From Bacteroidales bacterium (GTDB lineage Bacteria > Bacteroidota > Bacteroidia > Bacteroidales > JAAYJT01), in contig JACZJK010000035.1 of NCBI GenBank assembly GCA_014860575.1, positions 67,175 through 131,174 of the forward strand: a DNA stretch of 64,000 nucleotides, given 5' to 3'. The position numbers and the translations under genes are program-made. The notes beneath the pieces are model-generated. The model made no database searches. It was not told the origin of the DNA and saw only the letters and a list, made by a program, of their open reading frames with translations. The stretch's first letter is position 1. Each line of letters starts with the position of its first letter. Below are positions 55,255-63,983 of the stretch, one piece after another.

Positions 55255-55587
55255 ATGAAAAAGAAAATCACCTTATTATTCTCATTCATTGCACTGGTTG
55301 CTTTTATCACCGTAAACGCACAGTCACCAAAAACTGACAAGAAATCTGTTAAAGTTGAACAGACAGTTGAAAAGAAAGCTTCAGAACCATGTTGCGAAAC
55401 CAAAGGACATACAACTGCTGCTAAAGAAGCCAAATCAGGTTGCTGTACTTCAGGTTCAGATGTAAAAGCCGAAACCACCGGTGGCGAAGCCAAAGCTGGT
55501 TGTGCTACAGCCGGAAAAACTTGCGGTGGTTGCTCATCAAAGACATCAACCCAGTCAGCAGAATCAGTGCCAGTGCCAAAGCGCTAA
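55255..55587 (+). CDS. Small secreted Cys-rich protein (CC..CC..C..CxxC)
   Basis: Signal peptide MKKKITLLFSFIALVAFITVNAQ. The ~87-aa mature part is rich in K, A, T, G and S and has 7 Cys: EPCCETKG, SGCCTSG, AGCATAGKTCGGC. Confidence 0.65.
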   Translation: MKKKITLLFSFIALVAFITVNAQSPKTDKKSVKVEQTVEKKASEPCCETKGHTTAAKEAKSGCCTSGSDVKAETTGGEAKAGCATAGKTCGGCSSKTSTQSAESVPVPKR

Positions 55588-55607
55588 GCAATCCTGCTTG
55601 ATATTAT

Positions 55608-55641
55608 AAAAAAAGGCTAGCCGAAATGGCTGGCCTTTTTT
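55608..55641 (+). terminator. Rho-independent terminator
   Basis: An A-run, then a 9-bp stem AGGCTAGCC / GGCTGGCCT (one G:U pair), a 5-nt loop GAAAT, then TTTTTT. It lies 21 nt after the stop of the Cys-rich gene. Confidence 0.75.
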
Positions 55642-55657
55642 GTTGCTTGTAAGGAAA

Positions 55658-55810
55658 CTGTAATACAAGTAATACAGTGATACAGTGATGCAGCGATTCT
55701 GTGATGGGTTCTGGTGGCTGAGCTTCCCGAAGACTGGAGAACTGGAGTGATGGAGTAATGGAGAACAGGAGTAATTTACAAGACTGCTAACTGCTATTGC
55801 CTACTGCTAC
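55658..55810. repeat. Intergenic degenerate 7-9 nt stutter blocks
   Basis: gtaatacaa gtaatacag tgatacag tgatgcag cgattctg .. ; agactggag aactggag tgatggag taatggag aacaggag ; actgcta actgcta ttgccta ctgctac. Positions 55744-55762 are the exact reverse complement of 34892-34910. Confidence 0.85.
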
Positions 55811-56397
55811 TCAACAGAAAGTGTGAGATCAAAGATTGCCTCAAAAACCATTTCTCCATTGATCAGAAGTTGATAACTGAAAGTGCTGAGATCTTCAGCA
55901 AGGATCACATTCCACTGGCGAACCCGCTCATCATTTAATAATTCGTTGGTGTAATCATCCCCGGGAAAGCGCTGGATAAATGCAGAGCCACTGCCATCAG
56001 CATAGCCGCCGTACAATGTCAGATCCTCGGGTGTGCCGTCTTCATGACGATGATCATGACGGAATCGCAGGCCTTCTTCGTCGGCGAAGAACATCCAGGT
56101 ACGTGAGCGGTCTTCATCGAGGTGGAATGGAATGTGCACTTTATCATGTTCGCATACGGTTACATGCATCATGAATTTTTTATCCGCCCAGCTGTCTCTT
56201 CCGGGCAATGAGAATGTTTCTTTTCCTTCAAATGATTTTCCGCAAAGGCTGGCTAAGTTATCAAGAAAGGCTTGTTCAGCTTCAGTCAGAACCGTTTCTG
56301 TTTCTGCTTGCTTTTCTGAAGCTTGTTCTTTTGGTGCCATCTGTCCGCAGGCGGCTGCAAAAAAGATGACTGCAAGGAAGAAAATGTTTTTTTTCAT
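55807..56397 (-). CDS. Hypothetical lipoprotein
   Basis: Lipobox FAAAC then GQ. 196 aa, rich in His, Asp and Glu (HDHRHEDGTPED). No family recognised. Confidence 0.6.
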   Translation of the reverse strand: MKKNIFFLAVIFFAAACGQMAPKEQASEKQAETETVLTEAEQAFLDNLASLCGKSFEGKETFSLPGRDSWADKKFMMHVTVCEHDKVHIPFHLDEDRSRTWMFFADEEGLRFRHDHRHEDGTPEDLTLYGGYADGSGSAFIQRFPGDDYTNELLNDERVRQWNVILAEDLSTFSYQLLINGEMVFEAIFDLTLSVE

Positions 56398-56436
56398 AAG
56401 AATGAAGTTTTAGGTTAAGGTTTATTGTATCTGTTT

Positions 56437-57138
56437 TTAAAGAATGTTGCGAAGCTCATAAAGAGAATCTATGGTATGCGTAGCGCCGGATTCATCGAAA
56501 TGTTTACCAAAAGTCACAAGCACCTGGTCAATGCCGGCCTCTTTTGCCCCTTTTACGTCAGTCTCAGGTTCATCGCCGATGTAGATACTGCTGCTGGCTT
56601 CCGCGCCCGCCTTTTTTAATGCGTAATGAAAAATTTCAGGGTTGGGTTTCTTACAACCGGCTTCTTCCGATGTGACCACAAGTGGAAAATATTGTTCCAA
56701 TGCGGCATGGCGGATCTTAACGAACTGGATCTCATCGAAACCATTGGTTATTAGCCCCAGCTTATATTTTTGTTTCAGTTCGTTGAGTAATTCCAAAGCC
56801 CCATCCATCAATGTTGTCTTGGTCGGGCTGATGCGGATATAATCGGCCGCAATTTGTTTTGCGAGTTCAGGGTTTGTAATGCCAAAATCACCAAGAGTGA
56901 GATTAAACCGGTGATAACTTAGAAAATCTTTCTCAATCAAACCTTTTTTGTACTGATCCCAAAGCGACTTGTTATGGTTAACATACACCTTCATAAATGC
57001 ATCAATGGCTGGAATAGTGGAATACATTTGCCGGTGCGTGGCTAAAATTTCATCAAATGTGAGGCGGTTATTTGTATCAAAATCCCAGAGAGTGTGATCG
57101 AGGTCGAAGAAAACGTGAGTGTATTTTTTGTGAGCCAT
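56437..57138 (-). CDS. HAD-superfamily hydrolase (YjjG-like nucleotidase subfamily)
   Basis: HAD motif I is FFDLDHTLWDF. Later motifs are GLITNG and YIGDEPETDVKGA. Confidence 0.7.
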   Translation of the reverse strand: MAHKKYTHVFFDLDHTLWDFDTNNRLTFDEILATHRQMYSTIPAIDAFMKVYVNHNKSLWDQYKKGLIEKDFLSYHRFNLTLGDFGITNPELAKQIAADYIRISPTKTTLMDGALELLNELKQKYKLGLITNGFDEIQFVKIRHAALEQYFPLVVTSEEAGCKKPNPEIFHYALKKAGAEASSSIYIGDEPETDVKGAKEAGIDQVLVTFGKHFDESGATHTIDSLYELRNIL

Positions 57139-57237
57139 AGAAGATAAGGGATAATTAAATTCCTGATGATGGTTGGAACAGCAAAGTTAACAATTTGAAA
57201 GAGGAGGCAGTCCCAAATCTTTCGGTTTATAGTTTTT

Positions 57238-57315
57238 TGTCATTCTGAACGAAGTGAAGAATCTGTTTTACAATTAAATGAAGATCCTTCTCCGCCGCGG
57301 CGGATCAGGATGACA
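57238..57315. repeat. Imperfect inverted repeat element (TGTCATYCTGA .. GAAGRATC arms)
   Basis: The left arm is tgtcattctgaacgaagtgaagaatc (57238-57263). The right arm is gatccttctccgccgcggcggatcaggatgaca (57283-57315). TGTCAT/ATGACA ends pair, and the right arm holds a perfect 12-nt palindrome CCGCCGCGGCGG (57291-57302). Confidence 0.7.
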
Positions 57316-57345
57316 AGATTCTACCATTTGAGACAGCGGCTTTCC

Positions 57346-58317
57346 CTACTGAAGAGGGTGCTTAAACCTTTTGCCTTGCCAACTGTCTTTTTCTTCCAGT
57401 TTTTTTTCGATCATAGTCAGGATCTGATCCGTGCGTAAATTGCCCCAATCGGGTGCGATCCGGTAACGCGGTGGTACTTCGGCTGTGAAACGTTCGATGA
57501 CCATTTGAGGGGGCAATAGCTCGATATATGTGATCATAAAATCAACATATTCTTCAAGAGAGAAAAGATGGAATTTTTCGGGATTCCGGAGGTAATCGTT
57601 TTCCAACGCCGTATTCTTTAAAATCTGCAACTGGTGGAATTTGATAGTATCAACCGGAAGTTGGGCTATTGTATTGGCCTGATCCAAAATCTGATGCCGG
57701 CTTTCACCGGGCAAGCCAATGATAAAATGAGCGCCTGTTTTTAATCCGCGCTTCCGCGATTCTTCCAATGCCCAAACAGCCTGCTCAAAAGTATGCCCAC
57801 GATTGACGGCTTGCAATGTTTCATTGTTGCATGATTCGATCCCGTATTCAATAATGATATAATAATTTTCTGCCAGACCAGCCAGATAATCAAGTTTTTC
57901 AGGGTTCACACAATCGGGCCGGGTTCCTATCACAAGCCCGATTACGTCAGGCATGGCAAGCGCTTCTTCATAAAGTGTTTTCAGTTGCGATAAGGGGGCG
58001 TGGGTGTTTGAAAATGCCTGGAAATAAGCAAGGTATTTACTGCTCCGGCGATATCGCTTTTTGTGAAACTCAATTCCCTCGGTAAGTTGTTGAGCTATTG
58101 ATTTTTCAGGCTGGCAATAGGAAGGGTTGAAGGCATCGCTGTCGCAAAATGTACAACCACCCGTGGAAATAGTTCCATCGCGGTTCGGACAGGAAAAACC
58201 TGCATCGAGCGAGAGTTTCTGAACCCTGGCACCAAATACTTTGCGGATATGCTCACTGTAAGCATTGAAGCGGCGCGAATGCCCCCAGGGGTATAACCTT
58301 ACAGGAGTTCCGCTCAT
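57346..58317 (-). CDS. Radical SAM protein, TIGR01212 (YhcC-like) family
   Basis: RVQKLSLDAGFSCPNRDGTISTGGCTFCD cluster motif; 323 aa. Its start codon overlaps the upstream stop (ATGA). Confidence 0.85.
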   Translation of the reverse strand: MSGTPVRLYPWGHSRRFNAYSEHIRKVFGARVQKLSLDAGFSCPNRDGTISTGGCTFCDSDAFNPSYCQPEKSIAQQLTEGIEFHKKRYRRSSKYLAYFQAFSNTHAPLSQLKTLYEEALAMPDVIGLVIGTRPDCVNPEKLDYLAGLAENYYIIIEYGIESCNNETLQAVNRGHTFEQAVWALEESRKRGLKTGAHFIIGLPGESRHQILDQANTIAQLPVDTIKFHQLQILKNTALENDYLRNPEKFHLFSLEEYVDFMITYIELLPPQMVIERFTAEVPPRYRIAPDWGNLRTDQILTMIEKKLEEKDSWQGKRFKHPLQ

Positions 58318-59486
58318 CGTTTAAAAACTTTTTTCCTTGCGATCCCGTCTTTCGAAACCAGCATGACGACATACGCGCCTTTTTGCCACGAACGCGTGTC
58401 AATCTCGCACTGAGAACCGTTTTGAAGCAATGCCTTATGCATCTCTTGTCCCAGGCTGTTCCAGACAATGATGCTGTCGTAGGGCATCCCGACCGGGAAT
58501 TCGACAATAATATTGCTGCGGAATGGGTTCGGAAAAATCCGGAAGGAAGGCTCATCTTTTTGGATACTGGCGGAAAGTGTATTCCAGTCCATCAGGTAAT
58601 CAATGCGCAATGAGGATTGCAATGAATCCTGAAAAATCTGCCAGGAACCGGCATTGTTTTTCAGCATGAAATCAAAGTAAAGGCTCAGAAAATCAAGCGT
58701 TACGGATTGTTGCTGCTCACGGTTGATCAGTGGCTGTGGAATGCAGGAAGCTTCGCCCAAAGAGCACAAAAAATTATAATCGGCAAAATAGCAATGCCCT
58801 CCGCCAAAAATATCAATGATGATTTTCTGTTGCGATGCCGTTGCTTCATACATTGGATACTGGTGCTGAATAGGCGGGGTCACACAATCAAATTCGCCGG
58901 CAAAAAGAAGCGTGGGAATATTTACGTTCGCAGCTGCCTGTATCGAAGAAGGATTGGTATTTGCCGCAGCAAAAGTGACCATCGTTGTTGGTTCAGCATT
59001 ATTTTCGCAAGCCAGAAATGCAGCGCCACCGCCCATGGAATGGCCCATGATTGCAGAGGTTTCAGCAACGGCTTCATAAAACAAAGAAGTTTCATCCAGG
59101 TTCTCTGTTTTCATTTTCGAAATGATAAAAGCCAGGTCAAGGCCAAAATTCAGATGACTTGGTGAAATTGATCCTTCGGTTGTTGGAAAAGCAAGAATAT
59201 AGCCTTTGGGAACCAAATCCAACCAAAGAAACTCGTATGCTGTGTGAACCATCACAAAACCATGCCCGAAAGCAATCACAGGAAATTCGCCGCTTGCAAG
59301 CGGAACGTTTTGGCCCGCAGTTTCAGCAGGATAGTAAATATTGGTATTAATAACACGGTTGTTTCTTTCCGGATCAATAAAATTGACAGAAGTGCTGCCA
59401 ATGCTGAAATTTTGTGCTGCAACAGATAGTGCTGCAAAGGCAAGAAGCAGAAGAAGGAAGAGCTTTTTCATTGAAAGCATATTCAC
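58314..59486 (-). CDS. Secreted cutinase/PETase-like (dienelactone-hydrolase-fold) esterase with a T9SS C-terminal sorting domain
   Basis: Signal peptide (..ALSVAAQ). IYYPAE, PVIAFGHGF, nucleophile elbow IMGHSMGGGAAF, IPTLLFAGEFDCVTP (Asp) and FGGGHCYF (His) align by eye with the IsPETase/LCC triad blocks. The C-terminal tail reads FRIFPNPFRSNIIVEF ... GAYVVMLVS. The start could be any of the Met residues in MNMLSMKK. Confidence 0.7.
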   Translation of the reverse strand: MNMLSMKKLFLLLLLAFAALSVAAQNFSIGSTSVNFIDPERNNRVINTNIYYPAETAGQNVPLASGEFPVIAFGHGFVMVHTAYEFLWLDLVPKGYILAFPTTEGSISPSHLNFGLDLAFIISKMKTENLDETSLFYEAVAETSAIMGHSMGGGAAFLACENNAEPTTMVTFAAANTNPSSIQAAANVNIPTLLFAGEFDCVTPPIQHQYPMYEATASQQKIIIDIFGGGHCYFADYNFLCSLGEASCIPQPLINREQQQSVTLDFLSLYFDFMLKNNAGSWQIFQDSLQSSLRIDYLMDWNTLSASIQKDEPSFRIFPNPFRSNIIVEFPVGMPYDSIIVWNSLGQEMHKALLQNGSQCEIDTRSWQKGAYVVMLVSKDGIARKKVFKR

Positions 59487-59541
59487 GGTTTGGTTTTACA
59501 ACCAGCCAAAGGTAGTAAATTTGTGTTGAGCTATTCTCTAG

Positions 59542-59618
59542 TTATAAACCACTAAGGCACTGGGGGCACCAGGATTCACTTAGTGTTTCTCAATGATCCT
59601 AGTGTCTGAGTGGTAAAA
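59542..59618. repeat. Diverged copy of the palindromic intergenic element
   Basis: ttataaaccactaaggcac (59542-59560) is the reverse complement of gtgccttagtggtttataa. That differs at 3 of 19 positions from gcgccttagcggtttaaaa (18781-18799). ACCACTAAG (59548-59556) pairs with CTGAGTGGT (59606-59614) with one mismatch. Confidence 0.55.
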
Positions 59619-59629
59619 AATTTATTTAC

Positions 59630-61189
59630 TCAGATCGCATAATACATCTCCGCTCCCGGCCCAATTGGCAAGCCGAGCGTTATCCATAGAATGAGCAAGG
59701 CTAGCCATACAATCAAAAATACAATAGTGTAAGGCAGCATGGTGGCAATAATGGTTCCGATTCCTGAACGCTTATCGTATTTTTCAACAAAGGCAACTAT
59801 CAGTGCGAAGTAGGACATCATGGGAGCAATGATGTTAGTTACACTGTCGCCCACCCGGTAAGTTAATTGTGTGAACTCCGGAGAATATCCGAGGAGCATA
59901 AACATTGGAATAAAAACCGGTGCCATGATGGCCCATTTGGCTGAGGCGCTGCCAATCACAAGGTTAATAATTGCAGCAAGCAGCACCAGGCTGATCATGA
60001 GCGGTATTCGTCCCATGCCAACTGAGCCGATAAGATCGGCGCCTTTTACAGCTGTAATCAGCCCCAGGTTGGTCCAGTTGAAATAAGCTACAAATTGTGC
60101 AGCAAAAAATACGAGCACGATATAGGTTCCCAATGTTGACATGGATTTGCCCATGCCATTGATGACGTCATGATTGCTTTTTAATGTTTTAGCCCCGATC
60201 CCATAAGCAATACCTAATATACCGGCAGTAATAAAAATGATGGCAACAATGCCCGACATAAACGGAGATCGTAACAGACTTCCGGTTTCCTGGTTTCGCA
60301 GAAAGCCGGTAAAAGGAATGCTATCCCATATACCAGCGTTTATTGGAAAAACTCCCCAAAGCATGATCAACACGAGTACTGCCAAAGTAATATATGTGTA
60401 TCTGAGCCCTTTTTTTTCATCGGTGGTAAGTTGGCTGAGGGTTTCTGGTTTTGCTGTTCCTTTATAGGTTCCCAGCCTCGGTACAATGATTTTTTCAGTC
60501 ACCCATGTTCCGGCGGCGGCGATGAAAAAAGTGCTTACAAACATGAAATAATAGTTGGCAGCTGGGTTGACTTCATAGCTGGGATCAACAATATGTGCTG
60601 CTTCTTCTGAAAGCCCGGCAAGCAAAGGGTCAATGGTTCCAAGCAAAAGGTTCGCACTGTAACCCCCCGAAACGCCTGCAAAAGCTGCCGCGATGCCCGC
60701 GATCGGATTTCGCCCGACTGCCAGGAAAATCATGCCACCCAAAGGAACTAGTACCACATAGCCAACTTCGCTGGCGGTATTTGAGAGAATGCCTGTAAAT
60801 ACGATTGCAAAAGTGAGGAAACGTTTGGGAGCTGCAAGCACAAGATTTCGCAGAGCCGTTGACATGAGTCCACTGGATTCCATGATGCCAATTCCCAACA
60901 ACGCCACCAGAACTGTTCCAAGCGGAGCGAAACTGGTGAAATTGGTAACCATTTTAGTAATAATCAGGTGTAAACCGTGCACTGTCATCAGGCTGACGGT
61001 TTCAATTTTCTCGCCCGTTCCCGGATGGATCACTGAAAAATCAAAAAGGCTGACGATGCCTGAAAGCAGGATCACAAAACCTGCAAACATGGCAAACAAT
61101 GTAGCTGGGTGGGGAAGCTTGTTTCCGACTCTTTCAACACCGCCAAGAAAGCGTGAGATAAAGCCCGAAGATTTGTCAGGTTTGATCAT
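59630..61189 (-). CDS. AbgT-family transporter (p-aminobenzoyl-glutamate / antimetabolite efflux family)
   Basis: The N-terminus ..[23 protein letters not shown] is typical of AbgT/MtrF. 519 aa, multi-TM. Confidence 0.85.
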   Translation of the reverse strand: MIKPDKSSGFISRFLGGVERVGNKLPHPATLFAMFAGFVILLSGIVSLFDFSVIHPGTGEKIETVSLMTVHGLHLIITKMVTNFTSFAPLGTVLVALLGIGIMESSGLMSTALRNLVLAAPKRFLTFAIVFTGILSNTASEVGYVVLVPLGGMIFLAVGRNPIAGIAAAFAGVSGGYSANLLLGTIDPLLAGLSEEAAHIVDPSYEVNPAANYYFMFVSTFFIAAAGTWVTEKIIVPRLGTYKGTAKPETLSQLTTDEKKGLRYTYITLAVLVLIMLWGVFPINAGIWDSIPFTGFLRNQETGSLLRSPFMSGIVAIIFITAGILGIAYGIGAKTLKSNHDVINGMGKSMSTLGTYIVLVFFAAQFVAYFNWTNLGLITAVKGADLIGSVGMGRIPLMISLVLLAAIINLVIGSASAKWAIMAPVFIPMFMLLGYSPEFTQLTYRVGDSVTNIIAPMMSYFALIVAFVEKYDKRSGIGTIIATMLPYTIVFLIVWLALLILWITLGLPIGPGAEMYYAI

Positions 61190-61362
61190 AGGGTATTTTT
61201 AAACTGTTACGCTAAAACAAACATAAAAACCAGGCTATTGTTGACTCATTCATGAATTTGTTGTTTTGCCTCTTGCGCTGAGGACTCACTTTCACTACCT
61301 TTACAACCTCATTTTTAAGAATTTTAAGTATTCATCAATTATTCACCCAAACTATTAAAGTT

Positions 61363-61659
61363 ATGATAAAAGAGGAAACGGCCCGGCAACTTGTGAGCAG
61401 GGCACTTAAAACAATTGCCGATTTTGATGGCGAAATTGATAAGTATTCAACGGCACATTTGCATGAATTGCAAATTGATGCATTCTTAACAGCCTTGAGT
61501 AAGTTTGTTGCAGAAGAACCTGTCGTTGATAACGATGGGAACACACGCCCGGATTTGAAATACCGGGTTTCCCTTTCTCGTGTTTTGTTTAACAAGTGGA
61601 CGACTTTTGGGGATTGCATCATACATCTTGTTAAGAAAAGTTCTATATCAAGGGTTTAA
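61363..61659 (+). CDS. Hypothetical small protein
   Basis: 98-aa ORF ending 12 nt before the next gene. No motif recognised, so coding status is uncertain. Confidence 0.4.
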   Translation: MIKEETARQLVSRALKTIADFDGEIDKYSTAHLHELQIDAFLTALSKFVAEEPVVDNDGNTRPDLKYRVSLSRVLFNKWTTFGDCIIHLVKKSSISRV

Positions 61660-61671
61660 GAATATGCAACT

Positions 61672-62871
61672 ATGAAACAAATATTATATACGGCGGCAAT
61701 TTTCCTTTGCTGTGCAACATGTTTGCCGGCTCAGACAAATTTGAAAATAAACTCAGTAGAAGCTGATATTGATACTTTTTCTGATATACCCTCTCTGGAG
61801 GTCAGGGTAAATTTTAAAATTCCCGGCAATGATTCAATTGATGCTTTTAATGCTTTAGGTGGTGATGAGGTTAGGCTTTCATCACTGAAGTACTGGGCAG
61901 TAATGTTTGGTGAAAACTATAAAACCACAATGAGTTTAACTACTTCAGGTTTCAGTGTTTTCTATGAACTGGAGGCTGGCCCTGTTTTGCAATTGCTGAA
62001 TTCAGAACCTGGCAGTTTCTATCTTGAAGCTAAAAATGATTTGAAGTTCTTAACAAAAAACAAAGATACGCTAACGCTGGAAATCAATGAGCTGAGATCA
62101 GCAAGTAAGGGTAAAATTGGTCTTTCTGTTGAGCAGATTGATGAAGTGCTGGCTACGTTAGCTGGCAATCTGACGCGTTACCGCAACTTCTTCAACTTAG
62201 GTTTTGACCCACAGGCAGAAGATTTCACATTAAGCCTTGACTATTTGTATTCAAAGCCCTACAAGATTGAGAATATCGGGCTTTACTTTTTTTCTGAAGG
62301 CCGGCTAAGTACTTTCAGTGCTGATACACTCAATTACTTCAAAATCTATCCAATTAATGCAAATTTGTGGGAAGATAAATTAATGCGATATCATGTAGTT
62401 GCCTCAAGCGGTTTAGAGGCCGACCAGATTTTCAGCAATGCAAGAATAAATGTCAATCTGAATATTGAAAGCATCATCCCTAACCTGGTGAACCTCACCT
62501 ACGGGCACGACAGGTTACGCCTGAAACCTGTGGTAGCGGCGGGTATAAGTTATTACAACCAGATAAAAGTCCCTGATGAATCCCTCAAGCAAAATGCCTT
62601 CCTGCTCTCCGGCGAAATCTATTATTATATTCCTGTCATGGAAGCGTATTATTTCCTGGTGCATGCCAAAACATTTTACGATACCGGAAGGGAAAAAGCA
62701 GTAGCATGGGATTATCATGCCTCCGTTGCACTGGGTCTTGAGCTAAAATCAGCCCCTGCCACTATCATCGCCAAATACGCTTTCGGCGCCAACGAAATCA
62801 CCTTCGAGCACAACGACCAATTGCTGATTGGCTTTGCGATGGATTTGTTTGGGGAGAGAGGGGGGAGGTGA
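61672..62871 (+). CDS. Hypothetical secreted protein, possible outer-membrane beta-barrel
   Basis: Signal peptide (..CLPAQ). The C-terminal third alternates hydrophobic residues and aromatic residues sit near the end (LLIGFAMDLF). No family recognised. Confidence 0.55.
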   Translation: MKQILYTAAIFLCCATCLPAQTNLKINSVEADIDTFSDIPSLEVRVNFKIPGNDSIDAFNALGGDEVRLSSLKYWAVMFGENYKTTMSLTTSGFSVFYELEAGPVLQLLNSEPGSFYLEAKNDLKFLTKNKDTLTLEINELRSASKGKIGLSVEQIDEVLATLAGNLTRYRNFFNLGFDPQAEDFTLSLDYLYSKPYKIENIGLYFFSEGRLSTFSADTLNYFKIYPINANLWEDKLMRYHVVASSGLEADQIFSNARINVNLNIESIIPNLVNLTYGHDRLRLKPVVAAGISYYNQIKVPDESLKQNAFLLSGEIYYYIPVMEAYYFLVHAKTFYDTGREKAVAWDYHASVALGLELKSAPATIIAKYAFGANEITFEHNDQLLIGFAMDLFGERGGR

Positions 62872-62915
62872 TTGGAGTTGGTTGAAGTTGGCAATGATTA
62901 ATCGAATTGGATGAG
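62872..62915. repeat. Short degenerate stutter block
   Basis: gattggag ttggttga agttggca atgattaa tcgaattg, which resembles the reverse complement of the caatcaac/caatcgac block at 34960-34991. Confidence 0.4.
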
Positions 62916-63095
62916 TTTTGTGAACGACCTTTGTTTAACCACCTTAGCGGATTTATTCCGCTTTATTGCATGACTGTTTCGCCAGTGCGGACTTCGTCAC
63001 TTTCTACAGAGACAAAAGCCAACGCGGCGCAACAACGACTAAATTACCACCAAGCCCTGCTATTGTAGCAATATCATATTAATGTACAGTTGTTA

Positions 63096-63983
63096 TCATT
63101 TTCCTGTCAGAAGTTCAGTTATTTTAAGTCCAACTCCTATTACAAATTGAGATTTTAATTTTGACGGTTCACTTGTTAAGTTGACTGGCATAGTATAACC
63201 TAGATAAGCGTAACCACCTAAATCAATCAACGGGCCAACCGAAAAGTCCTGAAAATAGTATGAATTGTCTGTTGTTGAGTTTGTAGCGTTTGCTATTGTA
63301 TAATTCAAAGTACCGGAAATCCCAATATAAAAATTTTGATTAATATTGTATTTTCCACCTAATGCAAGTCCAATAGGCATTGCTGTAAATAATATACCAT
63401 TTGCACTTCTGTCAAAAGATGTTGAATACATATTAATTGGTAACCATAAACCAAATTTGTTATTAGCAAAATTATAAGCTTGCCAACCATTAATATATTT
63501 GAAGTATCTTTTAAATATTTGACTATTGTTCAATTTTATCTCAATCTCAATAACTTCCTCATTCTTCGGGTTGTCACCTAATCTATTGAGATCTATTAAA
63601 ATGTAGGTTCTATCAAGTGTAAATGTACTTGGTATTATGTCAGCCGGTCTGTTACCACTCATTTCCTTTAATGAAATTGTTTGAATGCCTACATTTTGGT
63701 TTTGAATAAAATTGCTGTTGTTATCAATAAACTGAATTATCAAATAATGTGATTTAACTGCACTATGGTCAAATTCAATTCCCCCTTTTATATTTAAATA
63801 ATTGGGGTCATCTTGGAGCAAAGTCACATAAGTTGAATCATCCTTGCTTAAAGGAATATTCGTGATAAAATTTTCTTTAAGATAGTCTCGTTTGACTAAT
63901 AGGACTTTACAATCTTTGACTTGTCCTACTGCACTATAAGATATAAAAAGTGTCATTACAAATGTTAGTAATTTGTTTGGCAT
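63096..63983 (-). CDS. Hypothetical secreted protein in an AT-rich region, possible beta-barrel C-terminal half
   Basis: Signal peptide (..YSAVGQ). N- and I-rich composition. The C-terminal half has alternating patterns (FYIGISGTLNYTI, GYAYLGYTMPVNL, FVIGVGLKI). The DNA is visibly more AT-rich than the rest of the window. Confidence 0.55.
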   Translation of the reverse strand: MPNKLLTFVMTLFISYSAVGQVKDCKVLLVKRDYLKENFITNIPLSKDDSTYVTLLQDDPNYLNIKGGIEFDHSAVKSHYLIIQFIDNNSNFIQNQNVGIQTISLKEMSGNRPADIIPSTFTLDRTYILIDLNRLGDNPKNEEVIEIEIKLNNSQIFKRYFKYINGWQAYNFANNKFGLWLPINMYSTSFDRSANGILFTAMPIGLALGGKYNINQNFYIGISGTLNYTIANATNSTTDNSYYFQDFSVGPLIDLGGYAYLGYTMPVNLTSEPSKLKSQFVIGVGLKITELLTGK

